A stretch of DNA of 46,260 bases. Source: Bacteroidia bacterium. GTDB taxonomy: Bacteria; Bacteroidota; Bacteroidia; AKYH767-A; OLB10. A program made the position numbers and the translations under genes. Below, piece after piece: positions 18,670 to 27,896 of this stretch. The notes beneath the pieces were generated by a model. It worked only from the letters and a program-made list of their open reading frames with translations, had not been told where the DNA came from and made no database searches. How positions within the stretch are numbered: the stretch's first letter is position 1; each line of letters starts with the position of its first letter. The stretch covers positions 1 to 46,260 of the forward strand of contig JBBQVM010000002.1 in the NCBI GenBank assembly GCA_038211525.1, given 5' to 3'.

Positions 18670-19743
18670 ATGAATAATCAAAAACCTGTTGTATTAGTGG
18701 CCCCGCTGGATTGGGGATTGGGTCATGCAACTAGGTGCATTCCTATTATCAGGGAACTTTTGGAACAAAATGCTACTGTCGTCTTTGCCGCTGCCGGTGG
18801 TGGTGCTCTGCTGTTGCAGAAGCTGTTTCCTGATATTCCGATGATTGATATTCCCGGATATTCCATCATCTATCCTAGTAAAGGATCGATGACCTGGAGT
18901 ATCGCCACCCAACTGCCGGCATTTTTTGCATCCGTAAAAAAAGAGCATTCATGGCTGCAGGAAGTTATTCAAAAATATAAAATTACACATGTTATATCCG
19001 ACAATCGTTTTGGCTTGAACTCTAAAAAAGCGAAATGTGTTTTTATTACGCATCAGGTAAAAATAAAGAGTACTAGAGGACTTCAGTTTTTGGAACCTGT
19101 TTTATTTTCCTTAAACAAAAAACAGATCGAAAAATTCGATGAGCTGTGGATTCCGGATGAGGAATACCCGAATAATTTATCCGGAAGTTTATCGGATGCC
19201 ACCGATATACAAATTCCAGTAAAGTACCTTGGAATTTTGTCAAGATTTAAAAACGAAATCAACAATCCTCATAAAATATATGATTTTATCGCGCTGCTAT
19301 CCGGCCCTGAGCCACAAAGAACGTTGCTTGAAAATAAATTGAAAAATTATTTTATTCAATCAGGTAAAAAATGTCTTTTGATAAGAGGGTTGCCGGATAA
19401 GGAGATGGATTCATCAACCGAAAATGTTCGCATCGTGAATACTATTAACGACGAAGATTTGTTGAAGGTGCTTCATCACGATACATTGTTATTTTGTCGA
19501 CCGGGTTATTCTACCTTGATGGATCTTGCTGTTCTTGGTCATCGAAAAATAATGTTTATTGCTACTCCCGGACAAACTGAACAGGAGTATCTTGCAAATA
19601 GATTATCATCAAAATACAATTACACTACTCTTTCACAGGATAAAGAAGTTGATTTAAGTGTATTTAAAAATGGAGACAAAATTGAAATAGTTTCCGATGC
19701 TTCTAAATTAAGAAATGCAATAAGAAACTATTTGTATCAATAA
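18670..19743 (+). CDS. GT-B fold glycosyltransferase (GT1/GT28 MurG-like family), substrate unknown
   Basis: Start moved to the ATG at 18670 (MNNQKPVVLVAPLDWGLGHATRCIPII, the N-terminal G-rich acceptor-domain motif). C-terminal half resembles Glyco_tran_28_C. Confidence 0.72.
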   Translation: MNNQKPVVLVAPLDWGLGHATRCIPIIRELLEQNATVVFAAAGGGALLLQKLFPDIPMIDIPGYSIIYPSKGSMTWSIATQLPAFFASVKKEHSWLQEVIQKYKITHVISDNRFGLNSKKAKCVFITHQVKIKSTRGLQFLEPVLFSLNKKQIEKFDELWIPDEEYPNNLSGSLSDATDIQIPVKYLGILSRFKNEINNPHKIYDFIALLSGPEPQRTLLENKLKNYFIQSGKKCLLIRGLPDKEMDSSTENVRIVNTINDEDLLKVLHHDTLLFCRPGYSTLMDLAVLGHRKIMFIATPGQTEQEYLANRLSSKYNYTTLSQDKEVDLSVFKNGDKIEIVSDASKLRNAIRNYLYQ

Positions 19744-19913
19744 CTGAATTTAGTTCCTGGTCTTCAATCTTTAATAGTTCCTGAGCGATCTCAACTTTTT
19801 GTAATTGATTCATAGTTAATTAACTATTTTGTTGTAATTAATTTTGTTGATTTCAGATAATTAATAATCCAATTGTGCTTTGTTCAACGTTTTGTTTGTA
19901 ATATTGCACAAAT

Positions 19914-20080
19914 TATAGGTTGATGTGTGATAAAACCCACATCATTAATTGGGAATCAAGGTGCAAATCCTGAACAGTCCCCGCTGCTGTAAGATCTATT
20001 ATAAGTTTGCTTCATTAAATGCCACTGTGTAACCATGGGAAGGCTGAAGAAAACGGATCAAGTCAGAATACCTGCCTGTA
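19914..20080 (+). promoter_or_regulatory. Cobalamin (B12) riboswitch aptamer
   Basis: Conserved core read directly: GGGAATCAAGGTGCAAATCCTGAACAGTCCCCGCTGCTGTAAG, B12 box GCCACTG (20021-20027) followed by GGGAAGGC, and 3' AGTCAGAATACCTGCC. Lies upstream of a TonB-dependent receptor. Confidence 0.85.
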
Positions 20081-20116
20081 ATAATTATAGTACATCACGT
20101 CTTTCGGAGGAAAAGC

Positions 20117-20172
20117 GATGAGTTCAGGCAACATTTAAGCCTTGCCGAAATATCAACTCATCATTTTCTTTC
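20117..20172 (+). terminator. Terminator-like hairpin, the probable riboswitch expression platform
   Basis: GATGAGTT...AACTCATC outer stem with an inner GGCAA/TTGCC helix, followed by ATTTTCTTTC. 32 nt before the receptor ATG. Confidence 0.5.
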
Positions 20173-20203
20173 AAAACTTGTGATTTCGTTCAAGTTATTT
20201 TAA

Positions 20204-22132
20204 ATGATGAAATTAAAATTCGGTTTCTTTTTTATTTTTTTAATTATAATTATCAATACTGCTAAGTGTCAGTTTGCAGATACTGTATTGTTACATACAA
20301 TAAATATCAGCGAAATAAGATCACTTCTTTTTTCAAAAGGTAACCACCATTTACAAATTGATTCTTCTACTATTGCATCCTCACCGGGAAATAACCTGGC
20401 TGAAGTACTTTCAACCGGGACATCCATTTTCATTAAAGCATACAGCCCGGGAGGGTCGGCAACAATTTCAGCGAGAGGAACCGAAGCAAGACACAATGCT
20501 GTATTGTGGAATGGGTTCAATTTAAATTCTCCAAGTCTGGGACTTTGTGATCTTTCCCTAATACCCACCTTTATAAGTGATCAAATTACTCTGATCGAAG
20601 GAGGTTCAGGTCCTGTAAATGGCAACGCTGCTTTAGGAAGTACCGTTGTTCTGGAAAATGATTTGCCTTCCTTTAAAAAAAATACCAACATAGGATTAAA
20701 TTTAGAAACCGGCTGCTTTGGAAATTTTCATGGGAGTATTAAATTTAAAACAGGAAATAAATTTATCGAAAGTAAAACTGTTCTGTTTTATGAACGTGCT
20801 GAAAATAATTTTGAATTTGTAAATAGTACTATACGCGATCAACCTACAGTAAAAGAACAAAATGCTTCCTTTAAAAACTATGGGTTACTGCAAAATTTAG
20901 ATTTCAAAATTAATCCTTCAAATTTCCTAAACATTGCAATTTGGTATCAAACCTACTTTCGTGAACTGCCTCCACTTATGACCAGCACTTCCAGTGCTGC
21001 AATTCAAAGAGATAGTTTATTGCGACTTTCGGGTGGATACAAATTACTATTAAAAAAATCAGTTCTTAAAATTAAAGCAGCATATTTCAAAGAGTATCAA
21101 TTTTACAATGATACAAAATTAAACTCACATTATGAATACCTCACCAATAGCGTTTTATCAGAACTAGAGTACAGAGTTTTCATTAGTAATAAAATTACCC
21201 TCAACAGCGGCTTGACCTACATTAACAGTGAAGCTGCATTTGATGAATATAAAACTTCACAAAAGCGGGTTTCAACTTCATTTTTTGCCGAAATACTTTA
21301 TGAACCAATTGAACAATGGAAATTCAATTTGAACTTCCGCAAAGAATTTACCAATGTTGAGAATCCACCTTTTATTCCATCATTCGGATTTGAAGGTGTA
21401 ATCATCAAAAATACTTTAAATGCTTTTGGAAATATTGGAAGGCATTATAATCTTCCTTCCATGAATGATCTCTTCTGGCGACCCGGCGGAAATGAAAATT
21501 TATTACCTGAGGATGCATGGGGAGAAGAGATAGGAATCAGCTCCGCTGCCGGAAAAAATCAATTGCCTGTTATATCATTTGCGCTTTTTAATTCTAACGT
21601 GAAGAATTGGATTAAATGGCAACCGGGAGCCGGCGGCTTTTATTCACCCGACAATTTGCGAGAAGTTCATATTAGTGGATTTGAAACGAATGTGAGCTAT
21701 ACACATAAAATTAAAATAGTAAATTTTAATTTAGCATTGCATTATACCTTTGTCAATTCAGCTATATCCAAATCTTATACTGCGTTTGAAACAGTTACAG
21801 TAGGCAAACAACTTATTTATGTTCCTCAAAATATTTTTAATGGGATATTTAATATCCACTGGAACGGCTATTCATTAAATTACAACCAAACTTTTACTGG
21901 AAAACGCTTCACAACTTCCGATAATAGTTCTTCTCTTGACCCCTATCAGGTTTCGAATAGTACTTTAGAGAAAGTAATAACATTCAACACCTTCAATTTC
22001 CGACTTAATTTCAAAGTCATGAACCTATTCAACACCTCTTATCAAGTAATAGCTTACCGGCCAATGCCGGGAAGATGGTACAGTGTAGGACTAAAATTTG
22101 ATTTAAAAATAAAATCTCAACATAAAAATTAA
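20204..22132 (+). CDS. btuB: TonB-dependent outer-membrane receptor, BtuB-like (predicted cobalamin/corrinoid transporter)
   Basis: 642 aa. Signal peptide, plug domain, 22-strand barrel-type sequence. Directly controlled by the B12 riboswitch. The usual terminal aromatic (GLKF) is followed by a 10-aa extension. Confidence 0.82.
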   Translation: MMKLKFGFFFIFLIIIINTAKCQFADTVLLHTINISEIRSLLFSKGNHHLQIDSSTIASSPGNNLAEVLSTGTSIFIKAYSPGGSATISARGTEARHNAVLWNGFNLNSPSLGLCDLSLIPTFISDQITLIEGGSGPVNGNAALGSTVVLENDLPSFKKNTNIGLNLETGCFGNFHGSIKFKTGNKFIESKTVLFYERAENNFEFVNSTIRDQPTVKEQNASFKNYGLLQNLDFKINPSNFLNIAIWYQTYFRELPPLMTSTSSAAIQRDSLLRLSGGYKLLLKKSVLKIKAAYFKEYQFYNDTKLNSHYEYLTNSVLSELEYRVFISNKITLNSGLTYINSEAAFDEYKTSQKRVSTSFFAEILYEPIEQWKFNLNFRKEFTNVENPPFIPSFGFEGVIIKNTLNAFGNIGRHYNLPSMNDLFWRPGGNENLLPEDAWGEEIGISSAAGKNQLPVISFALFNSNVKNWIKWQPGAGGFYSPDNLREVHISGFETNVSYTHKIKIVNFNLALHYTFVNSAISKSYTAFETVTVGKQLIYVPQNIFNGIFNIHWNGYSLNYNQTFTGKRFTTSDNSSSLDPYQVSNSTLEKVITFNTFNFRLNFKVMNLFNTSYQVIAYRPMPGRWYSVGLKFDLKIKSQHKN

Positions 22133-22136
22133 TATT

Positions 22137-23213
22137 ATGAAAAAATTAAAAATTATTTTTGTTACTTTAAGTTTACTACCTTTCATTTTCATGAGTGCCT
22201 GCAAAAAAGATGAATCTGCAAAAACTACTCCTGCCAATACCAGCAATGGAATTTTTGTAATCAATGAGGGAGCATTTGGTGCAGCTAATGGAAGTGTTAC
22301 TTATATTTCCTTAAATTCTGGTGTTGTTACCGAAAATCTTTTTGAAACAGTTAATGGTTTTCCTTTGGGTGATATTGTTCAGTCAATGACCATTCACAAT
22401 AACAAAGGATACATAATAGTAAATAATTCTCAAAAAGTGGAGGTGGTAAATAGTAATGATTTCACCGGCATTCAAACAATAGGTGGCTTACAAGGGCCAC
22501 GTTTTTTTGTTGCGAATGGAACTAAAGGATACATTAGTGATTGGTTCTCTAATTCAATTGCGGTAGTTGATTTAAATACAAATGCCATCACCAATAATAT
22601 TGCAGTAGGCAATGGCCCTGAACAAATGAAAATTGTAAATAATGCTTTATTTGTTACTAATGTTGGCGGATTTGGAAATGATAGTACTGTTTCAATAATC
22701 AACCTACTAACAGAAACGAATATAGGAACTGTTCAGGTAGGTATTAATCCAAATAGTATACAAAAAGACATTAATGGAAAGTTGTGGGTGCTTTGCGGAG
22801 GCTCTACCGGTCCCGATTATATTGGTGGCACTGCCGACGACATACAGGGTTCACTGTGGCAAATAAATCCAGCAACTTTTCAGGTAGAACAACAATTCAC
22901 GATGGCCTTTTCCAGTCATCCCCTCAAGTTACAGATTAATGGAACTGGAGATGAATTATTTTACTTGAGTGGCATGGACGGCTATACAGGAAAAGTGATG
23001 AAATTTCCTGTAAACGCATCTACTTTACCTATACAACCATCTATTAACAAAGATTTTTACGGATTAGGCATTGATCCACTAACAGGAGGAATTTTGGGTG
23101 CTTATGTTCCCGGATTTTCTCAAAATGGATTTGTTTTCAGATATAACTCTACGGCAATATTAATGGATTCGATAATGGTAGGAGTTGCACCAAATTCATT
23201 TGTGTTTAATTAA
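22137..23213 (+). CDS. Surface lipoprotein with a 7-bladed YncE/YVTN-like beta-propeller (BtuG-like candidate)
   Basis: 358 aa. Lipobox FMSAC. Seven repeats of the type G.(I/Y)V.N......V.V(I/V)(D/N). 4 nt downstream of the btuB-like gene. Confidence 0.65.
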   Translation: MKKLKIIFVTLSLLPFIFMSACKKDESAKTTPANTSNGIFVINEGAFGAANGSVTYISLNSGVVTENLFETVNGFPLGDIVQSMTIHNNKGYIIVNNSQKVEVVNSNDFTGIQTIGGLQGPRFFVANGTKGYISDWFSNSIAVVDLNTNAITNNIAVGNGPEQMKIVNNALFVTNVGGFGNDSTVSIINLLTETNIGTVQVGINPNSIQKDINGKLWVLCGGSTGPDYIGGTADDIQGSLWQINPATFQVEQQFTMAFSSHPLKLQINGTGDELFYLSGMDGYTGKVMKFPVNASTLPIQPSINKDFYGLGIDPLTGGILGAYVPGFSQNGFVFRYNSTAILMDSIMVGVAPNSFVFN

Positions 23214-23253
23214 AAATGGTTTGAAAAAATTACTGAAAATAAAAGAATAAAAA

Positions 23254-23736
23254 TTATTGTATCCTTGTAATTATTGTTGATGTTGTAATCACATTGCTGG
23301 AATGCCTCGCTCTATCTTTTATATACAATTCATAATAGATAGTATCATTTGGTTGAACAATATTATATTCAATATTAATTTTGATATCACCTTTTAAAGA
23401 AACATTATTCCCTCTAGGCTCCAGATAAGGAATATTGTATTCAAGAGGAGCGGCCAGATTTATAAATTCCTCAAAAACACCATTCTTTAACTCAAATATT
23501 TTTACAAAAACATCTCTGTTAGTGGTATCCCCTTTATTGGCTCCAATATCTCCATCACCATCTGTAAACGAAAATAGCAATTCAAGAGAATCCATCCCTG
23601 AAACATTTTGAAATTTATCAAGCTTTTTGAAAGTGATCACCGGAGTAATTGGGTAAGTATCCTCTTTTTTGCATCCCCAAAAGGAAGCAAAAGTAACAGC
23701 AAACACCAAACAACAAGCAACGCTCCAATTTTTCAT
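23254..23736 (-). CDS. Hypothetical small lipoprotein
   Basis: 160 aa. Lipobox SFWGC. DGDGDIG acidic loop. No family recognised. Confidence 0.55.
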   Translation of the reverse strand: MKNWSVACCLVFAVTFASFWGCKKEDTYPITPVITFKKLDKFQNVSGMDSLELLFSFTDGDGDIGANKGDTTNRDVFVKIFELKNGVFEEFINLAAPLEYNIPYLEPRGNNVSLKGDIKINIEYNIVQPNDTIYYELYIKDRARHSSNVITTSTIITRIQ

Positions 23737-23799
23737 AATACCGTAAAGGTAATAAATATAGAAATGTATTTTTATCTTCGTGAACTAATAACGTAAAAA

Positions 23800-24312
23800 A
23801 TGACACTTATTATACCTGTTAACGGGGTCGGTCCTAAATTCGGAAAAGATTGCTTTTTGGCTGAAAATGCGACAATTACAGGAGAAGTGGTGATGGGCGA
23901 CGAATGTTCAGTCTGGTTTAACGCAGTAATAAGAGGGGATGTGAATTCCATCACCATAGGCAATCGCGTAAATATTCAAGACCAGGCCGTGGTCCATTGC
24001 ACCTACCAGAAGGCTAAAACGGTTATTGGAAACAATGTTTCAATCGGTCATTCAGCTATTGTTCACGGATGCACCCTTCACGATAATGTGCTTATTGGAA
24101 TGGGCGCCATTGTGATGGATCATGCCGTAATTGGTGAAAACTCTATGATTGCTGCAGGTGCAGTTGTGCTTGAAAATACGATCGTTGAACCGGGCAGTAT
24201 TTGGGCAGGAACACCGGCAAAAAAAATAAAACAAATGACCCCCGAGCATTTCAAAGAACTGAATGAGCGAATTTCAAAGAACTACCTCATGTATTCAAAA
24301 TGGTATAAATAA
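23800..24312 (+). CDS. Gamma-carbonic-anhydrase-like left-handed beta-helix (hexapeptide repeat) protein (YrdA/PaaY family)
   Basis: 170 aa. Tandem hexapeptide repeats with conserved His positions (VVHC, IGHSAIVHGC). Confidence 0.88.
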   Translation: MTLIIPVNGVGPKFGKDCFLAENATITGEVVMGDECSVWFNAVIRGDVNSITIGNRVNIQDQAVVHCTYQKAKTVIGNNVSIGHSAIVHGCTLHDNVLIGMGAIVMDHAVIGENSMIAAGAVVLENTIVEPGSIWAGTPAKKIKQMTPEHFKELNERISKNYLMYSKWYK

Positions 24313-24332
24313 TTTTGCCAATTGAAAAAATC

Positions 24333-25346
24333 ATGAAGAAGTTATTGAAATGGTCGTTTTTGTTATCTGTTATATGTTTGAGCTCGTTAAAAGCATTTGC
24401 TCAGCATGATTCCTCCTATTTTGCATCTTACACCGATCAGATTACAGGAAGATTTTATTTCTCTCAAAAATATACCAACTTAATGGTGGAAGATCAGGCT
24501 CAAAACCTTGATCTCGAATATCGACCTAACACCACATTAAACATGGGAATAGGCGCCAGTTATAAATGGTTTACGCTCAATCTGGCTTATGGTTTTCCAT
24601 TCTTGAATAAGGAAAAAGAAAAAGGCGATACCCGATATCTCGATTTGCAAGCTCATTTTTATGGAAATACATCTAATATCGATTTGTTTGGACAATTTTA
24701 CAATGGTTTTTATCTTTACCCCTCCGGAAAAGCTTCCTCTGTAAATCAATACTATATTAGGCCCGATATAAAAGTTCGCGAATATGGCGGCTCTTATCAG
24801 CATATTTTTAATCACAAAAGATTTTCATACCGTGCTTCGTTTCTACAAAATGAGTGGCAAAAAAAATCTGCAGGCAGTTTTTTGTTCGGTGCTGAATTTT
24901 TCATAGGAAAAGTAGGAGCTGACAGCACAGTTTATCCGGCTGTGCTCACCACTTCAGAAGCGCCTAAAACCACCAAAGTTTTTTTCTACGAATTAGGACC
25001 TAATTTCGGATATGCATATACGTTGATAATCGCTAAACATTTTTTTCTCACCGGTTCCCTATCATTTAGCCTCGATTATAATGTTACTGAGTACAAATAT
25101 GAATCCAATCGCAGCATGCAATCAGGTGTTACACCCAACTCTTTAATCAGAGTGTTTACCGGTTATAATTCCAAGAAGTCTGCCTTGAGCGTGACTTTTA
25201 CTAATAGCAGAGTTTCACTAGCTGCAACATCAAAAAACAGTGTTGCTCTTAACACCGGAAATTTCAGAATCAATTATGTCAGAAGATTTATTCCTGGACC
25301 TAAAACAAAAAAAATTCTCGCACCAATCGGATGGTTTAGTAAATAA
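24333..25346 (+). CDS. Hypothetical outer-membrane protein (DUF4421-like, from memory)
   Basis: Start moved to the ATG at 24333 (MKKLLKWSFLLSVICLSSLKAFAQ signal peptide); the track start at 24315 is a TTG. Beta-rich, aromatic-rich sequence. Confidence 0.6.
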   Translation: MKKLLKWSFLLSVICLSSLKAFAQHDSSYFASYTDQITGRFYFSQKYTNLMVEDQAQNLDLEYRPNTTLNMGIGASYKWFTLNLAYGFPFLNKEKEKGDTRYLDLQAHFYGNTSNIDLFGQFYNGFYLYPSGKASSVNQYYIRPDIKVREYGGSYQHIFNHKRFSYRASFLQNEWQKKSAGSFLFGAEFFIGKVGADSTVYPAVLTTSEAPKTTKVFFYELGPNFGYAYTLIIAKHFFLTGSLSFSLDYNVTEYKYESNRSMQSGVTPNSLIRVFTGYNSKKSALSVTFTNSRVSLAATSKNSVALNTGNFRINYVRRFIPGPKTKKILAPIGWFSK

Positions 25347-25372
25347 AATCCCTTCGACATCATTTCATACTT

Positions 25373-26392
25373 GTGAAAGACCGAATTAAATCTCTTTATT
25401 GTACTAACTGCGGCAAAGAATTAAGTGCCAAAGAAAATTACTGTCCTAATTGCGGTCAGGAAAATGACAATAAACGACAAACATTCGGGAAAGTAATGCT
25501 GGAACTGTTCCAGAGTTTTCTTTCCATCGATTCCAGTCTTGCACATTCCATTCCGGCTCTTTTATTTCGTCCTGCTTTTTTAACAAAAGAATACCTCAGA
25601 GGTCGTCGCAAAAGATACTTGGACCCAATTAGAATGTTTATCACTATTGTGGTACTATATTTTATTGTTGCTTCCTGGGGTGAAAATAAAGAATCAAATT
25701 TCGATGATTTGAATAATATCGATACTAGCGCATTAAGTGCGTCAATGGATACTAGTGTAATTATTGATAACGAGGCATTAAAGTTAAGTGTTAAAGACAG
25801 AAAATCAAAAATTACCATGCAACAGCTTCGTGACAGCTTGCAAAAAGAGGACGAACTGGAATTGGGAGATACTGATTTTCCAATGATAAAGAGTTTAGTA
25901 AAAAGTGGTATCACCGGCACTGATGAGATCATGGATACCATGCAAGTCAAGAAAACTTTCTGGAATCGATTTTATTATACGGAACTCATCAAATTAGCTA
26001 AAACAGAATTTAAGGAACTAAAGCGGTATTTTATATCTAAACTACCCTGGATAATTTTTTGTTTTATACCTGTTTTTGCCTTGATATTAAAACTAGTTTA
26101 TATACGACGTAAATTCCTTTACATCGACCACATGATATTTGCTTTTCATTTACATTCCTTCTATTTCATGATTGGAATATTATCGAGCATATTTTCATTG
26201 TTTTGTGATGCTGATATTTTTGCTTGGATGTTTTTTGCTAGTGTGATCTACACTATTTCCGCCTTGAGGAATTTCTATAACCAGGGTTGGCTAAAAACCA
26301 TCTTAAAATTATTAATAATTTTAATCTTTTATTCCATAGCTGCAATGTTCAGTATGATAATAATTTTTCTAGTGATTTTCCTCTTATATTAA
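25373..26392 (+). CDS. Zinc-ribbon membrane protein (DUF3667-like, from memory)
   Basis: 339 aa with an apparent GTG start. N-terminal CTNCG...CPNCGQ zinc ribbon, conserved LLFRPAFLTKEYLRGRRKRYLDP segment, one TM, a hydrophilic ~110-aa loop, then 4 C-terminal TM helices. Confidence 0.68.
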   Translation: MKDRIKSLYCTNCGKELSAKENYCPNCGQENDNKRQTFGKVMLELFQSFLSIDSSLAHSIPALLFRPAFLTKEYLRGRRKRYLDPIRMFITIVVLYFIVASWGENKESNFDDLNNIDTSALSASMDTSVIIDNEALKLSVKDRKSKITMQQLRDSLQKEDELELGDTDFPMIKSLVKSGITGTDEIMDTMQVKKTFWNRFYYTELIKLAKTEFKELKRYFISKLPWIIFCFIPVFALILKLVYIRRKFLYIDHMIFAFHLHSFYFMIGILSSIFSLFCDADIFAWMFFASVIYTISALRNFYNQGWLKTILKLLIILIFYSIAAMFSMIIIFLVIFLLY

Positions 26393-26398
26393 AGAAGT

Positions 26399-27244
26399 TT
26401 ATTTTTTCAAATTTACTTCTTCCAGCCAAAGATTTTTTCGTTGTAACTTAATTTTTCCCTGGAAGAATATTTTTGTACTCTCTTCAAAAGATTTAGTAAA
26501 ATCTGAAACGTAAAATTTATGAACGTTGGCTTTTCCTTTAGTGAGTAGGTTTTTAGAAGCGAGAGTTGTTTTTACAAATCTGGAAACTATTTCTGACGAA
26601 TCTATTATTTCCACATTTTTCTTAAAACATTCTTTTATTTCTGGTTTAATTAGGGGATAATGAGTACAAGCCAGGATTAAGGCATCAATTTTTTTTATTT
26701 TGGGTCGCGACAAATAACTACTAATTATTGAGCGACTTATTTTATTATCGAAAAACCCCTCTTCAATCATTGGTGCTAACAAAGGCGTTGCAACAGAAGA
26801 AACTTTCATGGAAGGATTTTTCTTCTCAATTCGTGTAGCATAAACATTGGAACGGATAGTAGCACGTGTACCAATAACACCAATATGTTTTATTTTTTTC
26901 ATCAAGCTCACCTCATTCACTACAGGATTAATAACATCGACAACAAGAGCACGTGAACCTACATGTTTTTTAACTGCCTCAAAAGCAATAGAGGATGCTG
27001 TATTACAGGCAATCACAATCATCTTACATTGCTGTTCAAGAAGGTAATCAGCTATCTTTAGAGAATAGCCTCTTATCGATTCAGGTGCTTTATCTCCGTA
27101 AGGAAGATGCGCAGTATCGCCAAAATAAACCAGCGTTTCTGATGGCAATAATTGGTGAATAGCGCTGGCAACGGTTAATCCACCTATACCCGAATCAAAA
27201 ATACCTATCGGGCTAGTTGAGGTTGTTTCAGATTTTTGCTTCAT
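26399..27244 (-). CDS. murI: Glutamate racemase
   Basis: 281 aa. Motifs GIFDSGIGGLTV, IACNTASS, LACTHYPL. Confidence 0.92.
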   Translation of the reverse strand: MKQKSETTSTSPIGIFDSGIGGLTVASAIHQLLPSETLVYFGDTAHLPYGDKAPESIRGYSLKIADYLLEQQCKMIVIACNTASSIAFEAVKKHVGSRALVVDVINPVVNEVSLMKKIKHIGVIGTRATIRSNVYATRIEKKNPSMKVSSVATPLLAPMIEEGFFDNKISRSIISSYLSRPKIKKIDALILACTHYPLIKPEIKECFKKNVEIIDSSEIVSRFVKTTLASKNLLTKGKANVHKFYVSDFTKSFEESTKIFFQGKIKLQRKNLWLEEVNLKK

Positions 27245-27290
27245 AATAGCTACGAAATTAATAAACTAAATGCTGCTTTCAGCAAACTGA

Positions 27291-27321
27291 ATAAAAAAAG
27301 CCATCCTAATCAGGATGGCTT
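27291..27321 (-). terminator. Rho-independent terminator after the second skp gene (minus strand)
   Basis: AAGCCATCCT / AGGATGGCTT 10-bp stem, 4-nt loop, followed on the minus strand by a T-run. This separates murI from the bamA-skp transcript. Confidence 0.75.
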
Positions 27322-27344
27322 TACTATAGCAACAAATTTGAGGT

Positions 27345-27854
27345 TTATTTTAAACCCAATTTTGTTTTTACGAGTGGCATAATATCATCTGAATCCTGAG
27401 CATATAAAACTACGCCAACACTGGTGTCAAAAATGTAAGAATATGCCTTCTCCTTAGCAATTCCCTTGATAGCATCTTCCGCTTTCTTAATAATAGGTGA
27501 ATAAATTTCTTCTTTCTTTTTCTGTAATGATTGTTGCGCCGAATCCTGGAAATCCTGAATACGTTGTTCAAGATCATTAATTTCTTTTGCCTTTGCTTCT
27601 TTGATAGGTTCTGCCATGGTTGGTTCACTAGCTCTGTAATCACCAACTTTATTTTGATATTCAGCAGTCATTGTTTTAAGTTGTGACTCTAGTGATGCGC
27701 CGAATTTTTGCAGCGTAGAATCCGCAACTTTGGTCTCGGGCATCATAGTTAGAAGCTGAGTCGAATTAATGTGGCCAAACTTTAAAGTTTGTGCCTGAAT
27801 GCTACCTGCTGCTAATAAAATAAGTATTGCTGCAAGTTTGATCGTCTTTGTCAT
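27345..27854 (-). CDS. OmpH/Skp periplasmic chaperone
   Basis: 169 aa. Signal peptide, long Lys/Glu/Gln-rich helical arms. Downstream of bamA. Confidence 0.85.
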   Translation of the reverse strand: MTKTIKLAAILILLAAGSIQAQTLKFGHINSTQLLTMMPETKVADSTLQKFGASLESQLKTMTAEYQNKVGDYRASEPTMAEPIKEAKAKEINDLEQRIQDFQDSAQQSLQKKKEEIYSPIIKKAEDAIKGIAKEKAYSYIFDTSVGVVLYAQDSDDIMPLVKTKLGLK

Positions 27855-27896
27855 AGTGAGGTTTTTGAAAGATATGTTTGATTTAATTTATTTATA

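Noticed and set aside
19703-19828. 36-codon minus-strand ORF (MNQLQKVEIAQELLKIEDQELNSVIDTNSFLLHFLI) and a perfect 16-bp palindrome, ATAGTTAATTAACTAT, at 19812-19827 that overlaps the ORF's start codon (19811-19813)
   Set aside because: The N-terminus vaguely recalls small antitoxin/addiction-module-like helices. However, the ORF overlaps the glycosyltransferase 3' end by 41 nt, has no TAnnTTTG box upstream, and has no partner toxin gene. A 16-bp AT-only palindrome is not clearly above chance in AT-rich spacer DNA. At most it is a decayed remnant.
25456-25950. 164-aa minus-strand ORF antisense to the DUF3667-like gene
   Set aside because: It overlaps the conserved zinc-ribbon/TM gene completely. 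The Ser/Leu/Ile-rich sequence has no motif, no signal, and no independent promoter or terminator.
27410-27646. 78-aa same-strand, alternate-frame ORF inside the skp gene
   Set aside because: It is an Arg/Lys-rich frame-shifted reading of the Lys/Glu-rich Skp helices. There is no slippery site or independent start context.
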